Shown: positions 1 through 9,900 of the stretch, in pieces
Position numbering within the stretch: position 1 is the stretch's first letter
Layout of the letters: the number at the start of each line of letters is the position of its first letter
NCBI GenBank assembly: GCA_964597145.1
Contig: CAZQWH010000004.1
Coordinates: 195 to 64,194 of the forward strand
Source: an uncultured Candidatus Saccharibacteria bacterium
GTDB taxonomy: Bacteria > Patescibacteriota > CAZHWT01
Direction: 5' to 3'
Length of the DNA: 64,000 nt
Notes under the pieces: generated by a model
The model's input: only the letters and a program-made list of their open reading frames with translations
Databases searched by the model: none
Told to the model about the DNA's origin: nothing
Made by a program: the position numbers and the translations under genes

Positions 1-10
1 CTACAAACAT

Positions 11-1162
11 ATGAAAATTTTACTAACAGGCGGTGGGTCAGGAGGACATATTTCTCCAGCATTGGCCGTAGCCGATATCTTGGGTCAAAACCCCGAGAAT
101 ACGTTGTTATTTGTTGGCGGTAGGCTAACCATGGAAGGAGCAACAGGACCCTCGATTGAAGAGCAGTTAGTAGTACCAACGGGTATCCCGTATAAATCTA
201 TTCACGCCGGTAAATTAGCGAGGGATCGGATTTCGCTAACCACAATTAGACGGCTATGGGGAGCGGTGCCGGGTCTCTTTGATGCCTATCGTGTCATTAG
301 AGAATTTAATCCAGATGTCGTATTTTCCAGCGGTGGATATGTATCATTGCCAGTAGTGTTAGCAGCGTGGCTACGGCGAATTCCAGTAGTAATTCATGAG
401 CAAACTGCTGGAGTGGGGCTTGCCAACTCAATTGCTGGCAGAGTGGCGACCAAAGTTGCCATCACTTTTCCTCAATCAGCCAAATATTTTTCTCCATCCA
501 AAACGGTTGTAACGGGAAATCCAATTCGATCGGAAATTCTACACCCACAACCTCTAGATTCCAGCTTTGGCCAGTGGTTGAAACAATCAGGACCGCCCAT
601 TATATATGTTACAGGTGGGGGATTGGGGTCCCACATCCTAAACGCCACCATCGAGTCGGTGCTTCCACAAATCCTGCAAGATTACCGAGTCATTCACCAG
701 TGCGGGGCGCATCAGCAGTTTAATGATTACGACCGCCTGTCTCTCGCTCAGCAAGCGTTGCCTCAAAAACTACAGTCTCGTTACTGGCCCAGTAAATACT
801 TTACTGCGGACGAAGTTGGTACGATTTATCGTCGGGCTGCCGCAGCCGTCGCTCGATCTGGGGCTAATACAGTCCTAGAGTTTGCTGCAGTTGGTCTTCC
901 AGCCATTTTTGTACCAATTCCTTGGGTGACTCATGATGAGCAGACCACAAATGCTCAGGTTCTGGCTCAGGTTGGATTGGCAATTATTGTGCCAGAGAAA
1001 GAGCTAACAGGCCCATACTTATTAGCTAAGCTGCCGACTGTACTTTTAGATAACACTAGCCCTCAAGCTAAGCAACAGGCGAAACAATTGGTGGTTGAAG
1101 ATGCTGCCAAGGTTATTGCCAATTTAGTCGTTAGCACCCGGCGACTGGTGCCCAAATCTTAA
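11..1162 (+). CDS. murG: Lipid I N-acetylglucosaminyltransferase MurG
   Basis: GGGSGGH, SSGGYVS, HEQ, TGNP and RSGANT motifs; lies upstream of ftsQ/ftsA. Confidence 0.96.
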   Translation: MKILLTGGGSGGHISPALAVADILGQNPENTLLFVGGRLTMEGATGPSIEEQLVVPTGIPYKSIHAGKLARDRISLTTIRRLWGAVPGLFDAYRVIREFNPDVVFSSGGYVSLPVVLAAWLRRIPVVIHEQTAGVGLANSIAGRVATKVAITFPQSAKYFSPSKTVVTGNPIRSEILHPQPLDSSFGQWLKQSGPPIIYVTGGGLGSHILNATIESVLPQILQDYRVIHQCGAHQQFNDYDRLSLAQQALPQKLQSRYWPSKYFTADEVGTIYRRAAAAVARSGANTVLEFAAVGLPAIFVPIPWVTHDEQTTNAQVLAQVGLAIIVPEKELTGPYLLAKLPTVLLDNTSPQAKQQAKQLVVEDAAKVIANLVVSTRRLVPKS

Positions 1163-1184
1163 TCATACCAATCAAACTGCCTTC

Positions 1185-1970
1185 ATGAAGTTATTTGCCT
1201 CCAAAACTACCAACCAATTTGCTCCTCGGACAATCTCTCTTCCCAGCCATCATTCAAGGCATTCATGGCGGTGGTTATGGATTATACTCGGAGTAGGAGT
1301 GATTGCAGCCGTAGTCGTAGGCTGGCAATTAGTGCAGACAAAATTGTTTCAAATTGAAGAAATTAAGGTTGAGCAATTAGTTCAAGTTACGCCGCAGGTC
1401 GTGCCCAATGACCAATTGCAACGATTAGCCAGCGGTTTGCGCGGTGATTCGCTGCTCCTTTTAAACCAGCAACAGATAGTCGACAGCTGGCTAACACGCC
1501 TACCATCCTTAGAAGAACTGTATCTTAAAAAAGAGTTCCCCAATAGATTAATTATTCAATATATTCCTCGGGTAGCGTTTAGCCAATTAGTCTCACCCAC
1601 CAACACGTTTTTAGTCGATCGGGAAGGATTCATTTTTGCTAAAAATGAGACGGTTGACTATTTGCCCAAGGTGATAATAGATCAGGGTGATGTTACGGTG
1701 GGCAAGTCGACCTCGGCTAAAGGACTACGTTTGGCCCAGCACCTTATAGAAGGTCTGCGTAATACGAGTCCAAAGCTAGTCTCGATTTTGTTTCGCCATA
1801 ACTGGTTGGAGCTAACTATGTCGAGTGAGCCACGCATACTAGTTGGAGATGACAAATTACCAATGTCGACCATACAGGAGATTAGTGCACTATTTAGCAA
1901 ATTTGCCCAAGATAAGAACTACCCTAAAGAAGTCGATATGCGTTACGACCGGCCGATTCTACGGTATTAA
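1185..1970 (+). CDS. ftsQ: Cell division protein FtsQ/DivIB-like
   Basis: Single N-terminal TM, POTRA-like KKEFPNRL, C-terminal VDMRY; lies between murG and ftsA. Confidence 0.8.
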   Translation: MKLFASKTTNQFAPRTISLPSHHSRHSWRWLWIILGVGVIAAVVVGWQLVQTKLFQIEEIKVEQLVQVTPQVVPNDQLQRLASGLRGDSLLLLNQQQIVDSWLTRLPSLEELYLKKEFPNRLIIQYIPRVAFSQLVSPTNTFLVDREGFIFAKNETVDYLPKVIIDQGDVTVGKSTSAKGLRLAQHLIEGLRNTSPKLVSILFRHNWLELTMSSEPRILVGDDKLPMSTIQEISALFSKFAQDKNYPKEVDMRYDRPILRY

Positions 1971-2238
1971 AGCAACGATGCTCGAGAAGCAGTCTGAGGT
2001 AAAATCAAGTAAATTGTGGTCGAGCCATGGGTATCAATCAACATATTGTGTGTGCATTGTGGAGTGTAGATTATGGCCATGAAACCTGGTTACAATTGCC
2101 TGTTTTACTCTTGACGCTAGGGAAGCTGGCGTTGTATGCTAAGGAGCGTAAACGCTGCCCAGCTTGCTTGATAAAATTTTATCAAAATAACCACGTTGCC
2201 GGCAGTGATGCGTAAGGTATAATCTTACATCATATGGT

Positions 2239-3519
2239 ATGGCCAAAGATCGTATAATTTCTGGAATCGACATCGGCTCCTCTAAAGTCTGCACTATCAT
2301 CGCATCCCAAAATGCCGATGGCCCCCTCTCCATTATTGGAGTTTCAACTGTTGCCTCAAAAGGATTAAAAAAAGGTGTCGTAGTAGACATTGACCAAGCA
2401 GTTGAGTCCATCGCTGAATCCTTAGAAGGTGCCGAACGTATGGCCGGGTATACTGTTTCGTCGGCTTTTGTCACTGTTAATGGCAATCATATCGCTTCAT
2501 TAAATTCTCATGGAGTTGTTGCAATTTCCTCTCCCGAGGGTGAAATTAGCCAAAATGACATTTCTAGGGTAACAGAAGCTGCTCGAGCTATTTCTATCCC
2601 ATCTTCACGGGAGATAATCCATGTAGTCCCCAAAAATTTCATTGTTGATACCCAGGAAGGCGTGCATGATCCAGCTGGGATGAGTGGGGTGCGGTTAGAA
2701 GTAGAAACCCATATCATCTCCGGTGCAGCTATGACCATGCGCAATCTTGTCCGTTGTGTGCAGCAAGTTGGCGTGGAAGTGGCAGAGCTGGTTTTTGCCG
2801 GCCTGGCTAGCGCCGAAGCCACTTTAACTGACACCGAAAAAGAGTTGGGAGTTGTATTGTTGGATATTGGTGGAGGAACAACCAACTTAGCACTCTATCT
2901 TGATGGAGCGGTAGCTTATTCAGCCGTTTTAGCCGTAGGTGGTAAAAATATTACTAATGATATTGCTATTGGCTTACGCGTTTCATTAGAAGATGCAGAA
3001 AAGATTAAGTTATTCATATCAAATTACAAAGAGCCAACTAAGCCTGCTTCAACCGAAGAGAAAACAGGCAAACAGGCGCGGGAAGAGGCAATGAAAGAAG
3101 ATACTCTAGATATTAGTGATTTAAAAATTAATGATTTAAAGACAATTTCTCGAAAATTTGTTGTCGAAGGGATTATTAGGCCTCGCTTACGCGAAATATT
3201 TGACTTAGTCGCTTTGGAAATTAAGAAAAGTGGATATGCCGGCTTACTACCAGCCGGTGTCGTGTTGTGTGGTGGGGCAGCCAGCACGGTGGGAATGTCT
3301 GAAACTATCCGCGACAGCCTCCGTGTCCCTGTCCGAATTGCCACTCCGAAAGGAGCAACCGGGCTAATTGAAGAAGTTACCTCGCCTGCGTATGCTGCAT
3401 CCGTTGGGACAATTATCCATGGCGTCAGAGTTGGTGGCGAAACCCGTCGGCCTATGAGCATTGGGGTGGGGGGTGTGGGTAACCGGTTCCTAAGCTGGAT
3501 TAAAAACTTCATGCCGTAA
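2239..3519 (+). CDS. ftsA: Cell division protein FtsA
   Basis: GIDIGSSKV, LDIGGGTT and GVVLCGG actin-fold motifs. Confidence 0.97.
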   Translation: MAKDRIISGIDIGSSKVCTIIASQNADGPLSIIGVSTVASKGLKKGVVVDIDQAVESIAESLEGAERMAGYTVSSAFVTVNGNHIASLNSHGVVAISSPEGEISQNDISRVTEAARAISIPSSREIIHVVPKNFIVDTQEGVHDPAGMSGVRLEVETHIISGAAMTMRNLVRCVQQVGVEVAELVFAGLASAEATLTDTEKELGVVLLDIGGGTTNLALYLDGAVAYSAVLAVGGKNITNDIAIGLRVSLEDAEKIKLFISNYKEPTKPASTEEKTGKQAREEAMKEDTLDISDLKINDLKTISRKFVVEGIIRPRLREIFDLVALEIKKSGYAGLLPAGVVLCGGAASTVGMSETIRDSLRVPVRIATPKGATGLIEEVTSPAYAASVGTIIHGVRVGGETRRPMSIGVGGVGNRFLSWIKNFMP

Positions 3520-3552
3520 ACTTGTGGGGTGGTGATTTGAATATTGGCTAAT

Positions 3553-3586
3553 AAAAGAGGCGCTCCGATTAATATCGAAGCGCCTT
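3553..3586 (-). terminator. Intrinsic terminator between convergent ftsA and an ORFan
   Basis: Stem AGGCGCT-CGAT/ATCG-AGCGCCT with an A-run on the left (U-tail on the minus strand). Confidence 0.6.
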
Positions 3587-3606
3587 GCCGCTGGACAACG
3601 CTCAGC

Positions 3607-3927
3607 TTAGAGCGGGATGAGGTTGCCCTCAAGACGCTGCTGCATCAGCCAGTCCTCTCTAACACTCCAGGAGGAATACAGTAGTGGTTCGAACGCGGCG
3701 GGTACTGGATGATTGTATATGAGCAAGATGTGCTCGAGCTCAAACACGTACCTATCTCGACCCGACTCAGACAAGTTGGTACTCAGCCAGCGGAATCCAC
3801 CGATCTCAAACCAGACTTGAGGGGCGTGGCGAGGGTTGCCATGATTAGCCCAGGCCCATTTGGATCCGACGCTAAATATCTCGTACACCTTTTCTGTTTC
3901 CTGGGGTGCATCGGTCGTGATGACCAT
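3607..3927 (-). CDS. Hypothetical protein (stand-alone ORFan cassette)
   Basis: 106-aa ORF with SD AGGAG, an upstream TTGACA-N18-TATAAG promoter and a downstream terminator. Confidence 0.6.
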   Translation of the reverse strand: MVITTDAPQETEKVYEIFSVGSKWAWANHGNPRHAPQVWFEIGGFRWLSTNLSESGRDRYVFELEHILLIYNHPVPAAFEPLLYSSWSVREDWLMQQRLEGNLIPL

Positions 3928-4063
3928 GGCGCTTTCTCCTATCTATCTAGGTCTAGTGTCTCATCAATCTTATACAGCACTACTTCAATAGTTGTCAAAA
4001 GGACGTGTATAATAGATATCAGGCAAGGATTGCCTATGAGTTTAGAATTTGCCCTTCACTACT

Positions 4064-5401
4064 ATGTACTACTCCGTTAACCAGCCGCCTCCGACCATTT
4101 CGCAACAGTCTACATCATCTTCATCTCCTGATCTTCGGCCAGTGGTACGACAAAAAAAGCGTCGTCTATATATTTTTATGGCGGTTAGTGCTGTGGCAAT
4201 TTTAGCCGGTGGCACATGGTGGTACAGTAAGATGCAAGCCACCTTCTCCCAATCCAAGCCCAAAGTAATCAAACCAACGCCAGTAGTTGCAAGTGAATCA
4301 AAGCCAGAGGTGGCCGGGGCTAGCTTTGGCGACCTGCTAAACCAGCAGCGTAGCTATGTCGGCTGGATTGCCGGGATAACAGATGGAAGTATTGCGGTTA
4401 TGAATCCGCAAAGCGGCGAAATTAACATGCTAACTCAGGCCGAAGGCCAGTGGTTTGGCCCCATATCGACACTAGCTTGGTCTCCAGACCGCACCAAGGT
4501 AGCTTACTTGATATTACCCAATGAAGTAGCCCAAGGCTTTAACGCTAATCCTCAAGCCCAAGCTCAGAAGATGGGACTGGATGCCGTGCCATCGCCGCAA
4601 ACTTTTCCCTTTGGTAGGGCAGTCATTTTAGATATTAATACCAAGCAACTACAGCCAACAAACATGGAGGTACGTAATACACCTAAGAGTATAATTTGGC
4701 TAGATGATAATCGCATTGCAGCCATTACTACGAGCCTATCGATATATAATCTAACCGAGCACCAGGCTACTGCTGTAACTGGTGCAGGAATAACCGATAC
4801 AGAGAGTCAGCTTCAATCACCCTTAGTCTGGGATCAAACATCCGAAACGATCTATTTTACCAAGGTCAAAAAAAATGGGGGCCAGGGCGCACGAGTAGCA
4901 GTCCGAGTTTCACTTCGAGATAATGCAGTCAAAGAACTAACTATGTTGCGTGCGGGTAAATACGAGGATGTATCGGCCAGCCGTAGTATTGGTATGGCTT
5001 TGGATTCGGCCGCCGATCGATTAGCTTTTGTTGGTCAAAATGGCATGGCTTATTTCAGCCTATCCGATGGCGGGATGTATACGTTACCACCCCAAGACGA
5101 CTGGCTATGGTTAAAAGATTCTATTATTTCAAATGTCGAGTGGCTTTCTCCGTCGAGAATTGCTTTTGTGAGTATGGCAACCGATGGAACTAAGGTCTGG
5201 GTAGTTTGGGACATCCCCCAGGCTAAGCTGCAAACCTTCGGTCGGGGATCTGATGCTGGAAGCTGGGATAAAGCCAGTGGTCGGTTAGCATTAGTCCAGG
5301 CAAAAACCAGAAAGGTGAATATTCTTACACCGAATTGGCAAGATCCGCTTCAGTCAACCCTAGAAGCGCTTGACTTGCCATGGCAAAGCCTAAATTGGTA
5401 A
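4064..5401 (+). CDS. Membrane-anchored beta-propeller (TolB/PD40-like) protein
   Basis: One TM after a basic patch; LAWSPDRTKVAY and repeated W-D/W-L beta blades; start codon uncertain (4049 or 4064). Confidence 0.6.
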   Translation: MYYSVNQPPPTISQQSTSSSSPDLRPVVRQKKRRLYIFMAVSAVAILAGGTWWYSKMQATFSQSKPKVIKPTPVVASESKPEVAGASFGDLLNQQRSYVGWIAGITDGSIAVMNPQSGEINMLTQAEGQWFGPISTLAWSPDRTKVAYLILPNEVAQGFNANPQAQAQKMGLDAVPSPQTFPFGRAVILDINTKQLQPTNMEVRNTPKSIIWLDDNRIAAITTSLSIYNLTEHQATAVTGAGITDTESQLQSPLVWDQTSETIYFTKVKKNGGQGARVAVRVSLRDNAVKELTMLRAGKYEDVSASRSIGMALDSAADRLAFVGQNGMAYFSLSDGGMYTLPPQDDWLWLKDSIISNVEWLSPSRIAFVSMATDGTKVWVVWDIPQAKLQTFGRGSDAGSWDKASGRLALVQAKTRKVNILTPNWQDPLQSTLEALDLPWQSLNW

Positions 5402-5555
5402 AAGTAGGTATTGCTGGAATAATTCTAGACAGTGTACAATGCTCCTATCTGTGGTATTATGCATGGCGATGACCTAGATTTATACTTGGTGATAAAGGGT
5501 ATATATGATAGGATTATATTTTGAAATCCTGACTGCCTAGAAAGAGTTAATTTTC

Positions 5556-6692
5556 ATGTTAGTAAAACCCGAAATCGAAAAGTTTGCCAAAATAAAAGTT
5601 GTCGGTGTTGGCGGCGGCGGTGGCAATGCCTTAAAGTCGATGATTGACTTACAAAATATCCAAGGCGTTGAGTTCGTAGCGGTAAACACTGATGCTCAAG
5701 CGCTAGCCTCATCACCAGCTCCAATTAAAATTCAAATTGGTGAACAATCGACGAAAGGTCTAGGGTCAGGCGGCATGCCGGATGTTGGCCAGGCCGCAGC
5801 TGAAGAGTCAAGCGAAAAGCTACACGAATATTTGGGTGACTCAGATATGGTATTTATTACAGCTGGCATGGGCGGTGGAACGGGTACCGGTGCAGCGCCA
5901 GTTATTGCTCAGATCGCTAAGAATCTAGGAGCATTAACCGTTGGTGTAGTCACTAAGCCGTTTAATTTCGAGGGGGCCAAGCGTCGAGTAAATGCCGAGG
6001 AAGGTATCGCCAATCTCCGTGATGCGGTCGATACTCTAATCACTATCCCAAATCAGCGGCTACTTGATATTATCGATCGTAAGACGCCATTACTCGAAGC
6101 CTTTAAGGTGGCTGACTCGGTCTTAGGTCAAGGTGTCCAAGGCATCTCCGATCTAGTAGTTATGCCTGGCCTAATTAATGTTGACTTTGCCGATGTTCGT
6201 TCAGTAATGACCGATGCCGGCTCAGCCTTAATGGGTATTGGTCGCGGCGCTGGTGAAGATCGGGCCATTACAGCCGCCAAAGCAGCTATCGAGAGCCCTC
6301 TCTTAGAGGTCTCAATTCAGGGGGCTAAAGGGGTGCTGTTTAATGTAACCGGCGGATCCGACTTAGCTATGGCCGAGGTTGATGCTGCGGCTCAGATTAT
6401 TGCCGCTGCAGCCGATCCCGATGCCAACATCATCTTTGGTGCTACTATCGACGAAAACCTAACCGATTCAATGAAGATTACGGTTATTGCGACTGGGTTT
6501 GATGAAACACGGTCTCGTTTGATTGAGTCTACAGCTATGCATCCGCAAGCTCAGCCAACTGAACCAACTCCAACCGAAGCCGAAGAAGAGCCTGGTCAAT
6601 CCGAGCAACCAGCTCCGCGTCAGTTCCCTGTGCCAAATAAGGGCGACCAGGATGATTTCGACATTCCGGCCTTTATGCGTCAGAATCGATAA
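5556..6692 (+). CDS. ftsZ: Cell division protein FtsZ
   Basis: GGGTGTG tubulin motif, NVDFAD, C-terminal DIPAFMR. Confidence 0.99.
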   Translation: MLVKPEIEKFAKIKVVGVGGGGGNALKSMIDLQNIQGVEFVAVNTDAQALASSPAPIKIQIGEQSTKGLGSGGMPDVGQAAAEESSEKLHEYLGDSDMVFITAGMGGGTGTGAAPVIAQIAKNLGALTVGVVTKPFNFEGAKRRVNAEEGIANLRDAVDTLITIPNQRLLDIIDRKTPLLEAFKVADSVLGQGVQGISDLVVMPGLINVDFADVRSVMTDAGSALMGIGRGAGEDRAITAAKAAIESPLLEVSIQGAKGVLFNVTGGSDLAMAEVDAAAQIIAAAADPDANIIFGATIDENLTDSMKITVIATGFDETRSRLIESTAMHPQAQPTEPTPTEAEEEPGQSEQPAPRQFPVPNKGDQDDFDIPAFMRQNR

Positions 6693-6781
6693 GTTTAAGG
6701 GTCACTGCTCCTTAGAATGCTCTTACTCTTGGCTGATACTATGCAAACAACCAAGAATGTTAAAAACAGGTATGCTATTAC

Positions 6782-7204
6782 ATGATTAACTGGATATCCA
6801 AGAATATTCTCTACCTAGTTTGGGGTCAGGCATTGCTTGCCACGTTGGGCAGTTTGTACTTTAGTGAGGTAGAGATGTTCTTGCCGTGTATGCTCTGTTG
6901 GTACCAACGAATCGCTATGTACCCGCTAGCCGTTTTACTTCCAGTCGGCATTCTGACTCAAGATAAACAAATTTGGAAATACGTTTTAGCCCTAGCTATT
7001 CCGGGTTGGGTTATTTCTATATATCATAATCTGCTTTACTATCAAATCTTACCCGAATCAGAACAAACGTGCCGTGCGGGCGTATCTTGTACGACTAAGT
7101 TTATTGAGTGGTTCGGCTTTGTTACGATTCCGCTCCTGTCTTTTACGGCTTTCAGTCTCATAATTGCTGGAGTACTTTTATATAGGAGAAATATACATGA
7201 CTAA
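6782..7204 (+). CDS. dsbB: Disulfide bond formation protein DsbB/BdbC
   Basis: PCMLCWYQRIAMYP plus a second Cys pair; 4 TMs. Confidence 0.92.
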   Translation: MINWISKNILYLVWGQALLATLGSLYFSEVEMFLPCMLCWYQRIAMYPLAVLLPVGILTQDKQIWKYVLALAIPGWVISIYHNLLYYQILPESEQTCRAGVSCTTKFIEWFGFVTIPLLSFTAFSLIIAGVLLYRRNIHD

Positions 7205-7886
7205 AGAACTAAAGCAATTACTAATTATTGGTGGGGTTATTGTGGCAGTAGTCGCAGTTTTAATTGTGGTATCTCAATATAAGTCAGCCAATAAACCAGT
7301 GGCTACCGAGGCATTATTACGAAGTGATAGCCATGCAGCTGGTCCTGAAGATGCTCCGGTAACCTTAGTTGAGTTTGGCGATTTCCAATGTCCAGCCTGT
7401 GCTTCAGCCGAGCCAATGGTTAAACAGCTACGAACGGAATTTGCTGATAATTTGCGGTTTGTCTTCCGTAACTTTCCTCTAGTTAGCCTTCACCCTAATG
7501 CAACCCGGGCTGCGGAAGCGGCCGAAGCAGCGGCCGAGCAAGGAAAATTCTGGGAAATGCACGATTTGCTCTATGAGCAACAGACTGTTTGGGCTGGAAT
7601 GTCAAATCCCTCGGAGCAGTTTAAAGCCTATGCTAAGCAGCTTGGACTGGATGAGTCTAAGTTTGCTCAAGACTCATCAGATGCTGAAGTAACGGGACGA
7701 GTCAGCCGAGACTTTTCAGATGGTGGAGTACTAGGGGTTAATGCCACACCGACTTTTTATATAAACGGACAGAAGGTTGAGAACGCGACGTACGACGCCA
7801 TGAAGCAGCAAATCGAAGATATCATTGCCCGTAGCAAAACGGATCAGTCGCAAGAAGCCACCCCGTCGGCCACTCCTGCCCCATAA
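7197..7886 (+). CDS. dsbA: DsbA/BdbD-family thiol-disulfide oxidoreductase
   Basis: EFGDFQCPAC, FRNFPL, cis-Pro GVNATPTF; N-terminal TM; SD AGGAG. Confidence 0.9.
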   Translation: MTKELKQLLIIGGVIVAVVAVLIVVSQYKSANKPVATEALLRSDSHAAGPEDAPVTLVEFGDFQCPACASAEPMVKQLRTEFADNLRFVFRNFPLVSLHPNATRAAEAAEAAAEQGKFWEMHDLLYEQQTVWAGMSNPSEQFKAYAKQLGLDESKFAQDSSDAEVTGRVSRDFSDGGVLGVNATPTFYINGQKVENATYDAMKQQIEDIIARSKTDQSQEATPSATPAP

Positions 7887-8418
7887 TTTCAATAAACCTC
7901 TGCAGAAACCAGAAGTCCACACACCCTCATCCATTTCCGACCTGTCTTAGACTGTGAGTGCCAGTCGAATCGGATCAGGAATCTATACCGTAAAAAAATA
8001 AATTCGAAATTCTAAACTTGAAATTCTAAACAAAGCCAAAGCTCTAAATCATAAATCCTAAACCCCACACGTCAAGCACCAAGCAATTCGTCAGAAGTTA
8101 ACACCTAACACCCCAAACCCAACCCCTCAAAAAACGTATAGACGCCCGTATATACGTTTGCTATTTTAACTCAGATAATTAACCAAAGGATGGTAGGTAG
8201 GGTGAAAGGGGAAATAGAAGACAGAATGCGGAATGCGGGATACGGAATGCAGAAGACAAAAGACAGAAGACCGAACTGCGGGATGATTAAATACAAAATT
8301 CGAAATGAGAAACAAATCTCAAGCTCGAAATCACAAATACCAACCCAATAACCAACCTCCGCCCCCCATCTACGAAATACGATATACGAAATACGATATA
8401 CGATCTACAACCCCTCCC

Positions 8419-8520
8419 CGTCATCGCGAGGCTTCGCCGTGGCGATCTACCCCGATTAAATCGGAGTCTACTAGATCCCACCAAGATTGCCGCAGTCGTT
8501 CCCACTCCTTCGCAATGACG
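8419..8520. repeat. CGTC-type REP-like inverted pair
   Basis: CGTCATCGCGAG..GGCGATCT followed by the inverted partner AGATTGCC..CGCAATGACG. Confidence 0.8.
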
Positions 8521-8643
8521 TATACTACCGCATCCAGCATCCAGCATCCAGCATCCAGCATCCCGCGTCCCGTATCCCAACACCCTGCCCCATGCCTTCT
8601 TGTCCGACGGCTGGGGATTGGAAATAGCGAAGCTTGTATTTTT

Positions 8644-8728
8644 CGTCATTCCGACCAATGTGGGGGAATCTTCTCATACTGGAGTAGCGATCCGGCTAAA
8701 AGGTCTCTCCATTTCAGTCGAGATGACA
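8644..8728. repeat. CGTC-type REP-like inverted pair
   Basis: CGTCATTCCGAC..GGAATCT followed by AGGTCTC..GTCGAGATGACA. Confidence 0.75.
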
Positions 8729-8865
8729 GCGCTTATTAAAATCGCAAGTCAGAAACAAATTAGAAGTAGTAAAAACAAAACCTAAAACCAGAAATACAAT
8801 CTACGCACCCCATACCGCCTCTACATTGCTTGACCAAGTCCAGCCTATTCCCGTATATTTACTAC

Positions 8866-9441
8866 ATGGTCTTATCTGATCGAGACATTCAAGCCGCCCT
8901 AAATGATGGCCGTATTAAAGTTTCGCCGGCCTTAGATTTATCTGAGCAGTTAGGATCATGCTCACTCGACTTTAGGCTGGGTAATAAATTTAGAGTCTTT
9001 GCCCATACCAAATATCCATTTATCGCGCCCCATAATCCCAAATTAATGGAAGAGATTATGGAAGAGATAGCGATTCCTGACGGTGACAGCTTTATTATGC
9101 GACCAGGGGAATTTGTCCTAGCTCACACTATTGAACATTTAACCCTGCCCGATAATTTACTTGGTCGAATAGAGGGAAGAAGTAGTTTGGGCAGAATTGG
9201 GATAATTGTACATGGTACGGCCTCTGTCTTTGATCCAGGTTGGATTGGTGTGCCGGTATTAGAGCTTGGAAATTTAGGCATGATGCCGGTTGCTCTTAAG
9301 CCTGGTATGAAAATATGCTCCTTCACCTTTGAGGAGCTGACTTCGAACGCCGAAATACCCTATCATAAAAAGAAGTCTGCCAAATACGTTAATCAGGCTG
9401 GTCCCGACTCTAGTCGTTACGCTCAAGAATTTGGTAAATGA
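8866..9441 (+). CDS. dcd: dCTP deaminase
   Basis: MVLSDRDI, SLDFRLG, EGRSSLGRIG, DPGW, LELGN; TATATT -10 six nt before ATG 8866. Confidence 0.96.
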   Translation: MVLSDRDIQAALNDGRIKVSPALDLSEQLGSCSLDFRLGNKFRVFAHTKYPFIAPHNPKLMEEIMEEIAIPDGDSFIMRPGEFVLAHTIEHLTLPDNLLGRIEGRSSLGRIGIIVHGTASVFDPGWIGVPVLELGNLGMMPVALKPGMKICSFTFEELTSNAEIPYHKKKSAKYVNQAGPDSSRYAQEFGK

Positions 9442-9896
9442 TGTGGTCTTTATTAGGATGGCTATGGCGAAGACTGGGTAGTCTACGGTGGCCACTAATG
9501 TGGCTATTAAGCCCTAAGTATACTGTCGGAGTAAATGCAATTATCATCGATAAAGAAGGCAGAATCTGGCTGCAGCAACATCGATTCTGGCCGAATACTG
9601 CTTGGGGATTGCCCGGTGGAATAATGAAAGCAAACGAATCACCAGATAATGCACTCCGACGGGAAATTAGGGAAGAAATAGGTTTGGAGTTACAAGAAAT
9701 ACAGATTGTTGCCACCGAGATGTTTCATCGTCGAGGAGTCACACTGTATTATACGGCGCAGGCTGGCGAGGGAACTGTTCGTTTAGATCCTAAAGAGCTG
9801 CTTGATGGCCAGTATTTTGACCTCAAATCTTTGCCCGTGCCCATGTTGCCCGCTCATCACAAGCTTGTACAGTTATACAGTAAACATGGAGGATAA
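9438..9896 (+). CDS. NUDIX hydrolase
   Basis: Nudix box GG-x4-NE-x5-LRREIREEIG. Confidence 0.88.
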   Translation: MMWSLLGWLWRRLGSLRWPLMWLLSPKYTVGVNAIIIDKEGRIWLQQHRFWPNTAWGLPGGIMKANESPDNALRREIREEIGLELQEIQIVATEMFHRRGVTLYYTAQAGEGTVRLDPKELLDGQYFDLKSLPVPMLPAHHKLVQLYSKHGG

Positions 9897-9900
9897 GTGA

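Larger units (their letters stand above)
8000..8800. repeat. Mosaic of degenerate heptamer tandem arrays and CGTC-type palindromes
   Basis: AAATTCG/AAATTCT (8000-8063), GAATGCG/GAAGACA x9 (8217-8279), TACGAAA/TACGATA (8371-8412), CCAGCAT x4 plus variants (8527-8582). Confidence 0.85.

Noticed and set aside
2139-3632. Long antisense ORFs over ftsA (and similar ones over atpD, dnaE and gatB)
   Set aside because: They are reverse-frame shadows of well-supported conserved genes.
3709-4080. 123-aa plus-strand ORF
   Set aside because: It overlaps the minus-strand ORF that has promoter, SD and terminator support, and it runs across the divergent promoters.
8000-8600. Possible CRISPR array
   Set aside because: The repeats are 7-nt tandem units without unique spacers, and there are no cas genes.
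8287-8785. ORFs 8287-8658(-), 8305-8739(+) and 8600-8785(+)
   Set aside because: They are translations of heptamer arrays and palindromes (for example DAGCWMLDAGC and IRYTKYDIR), with no RBS or domain.
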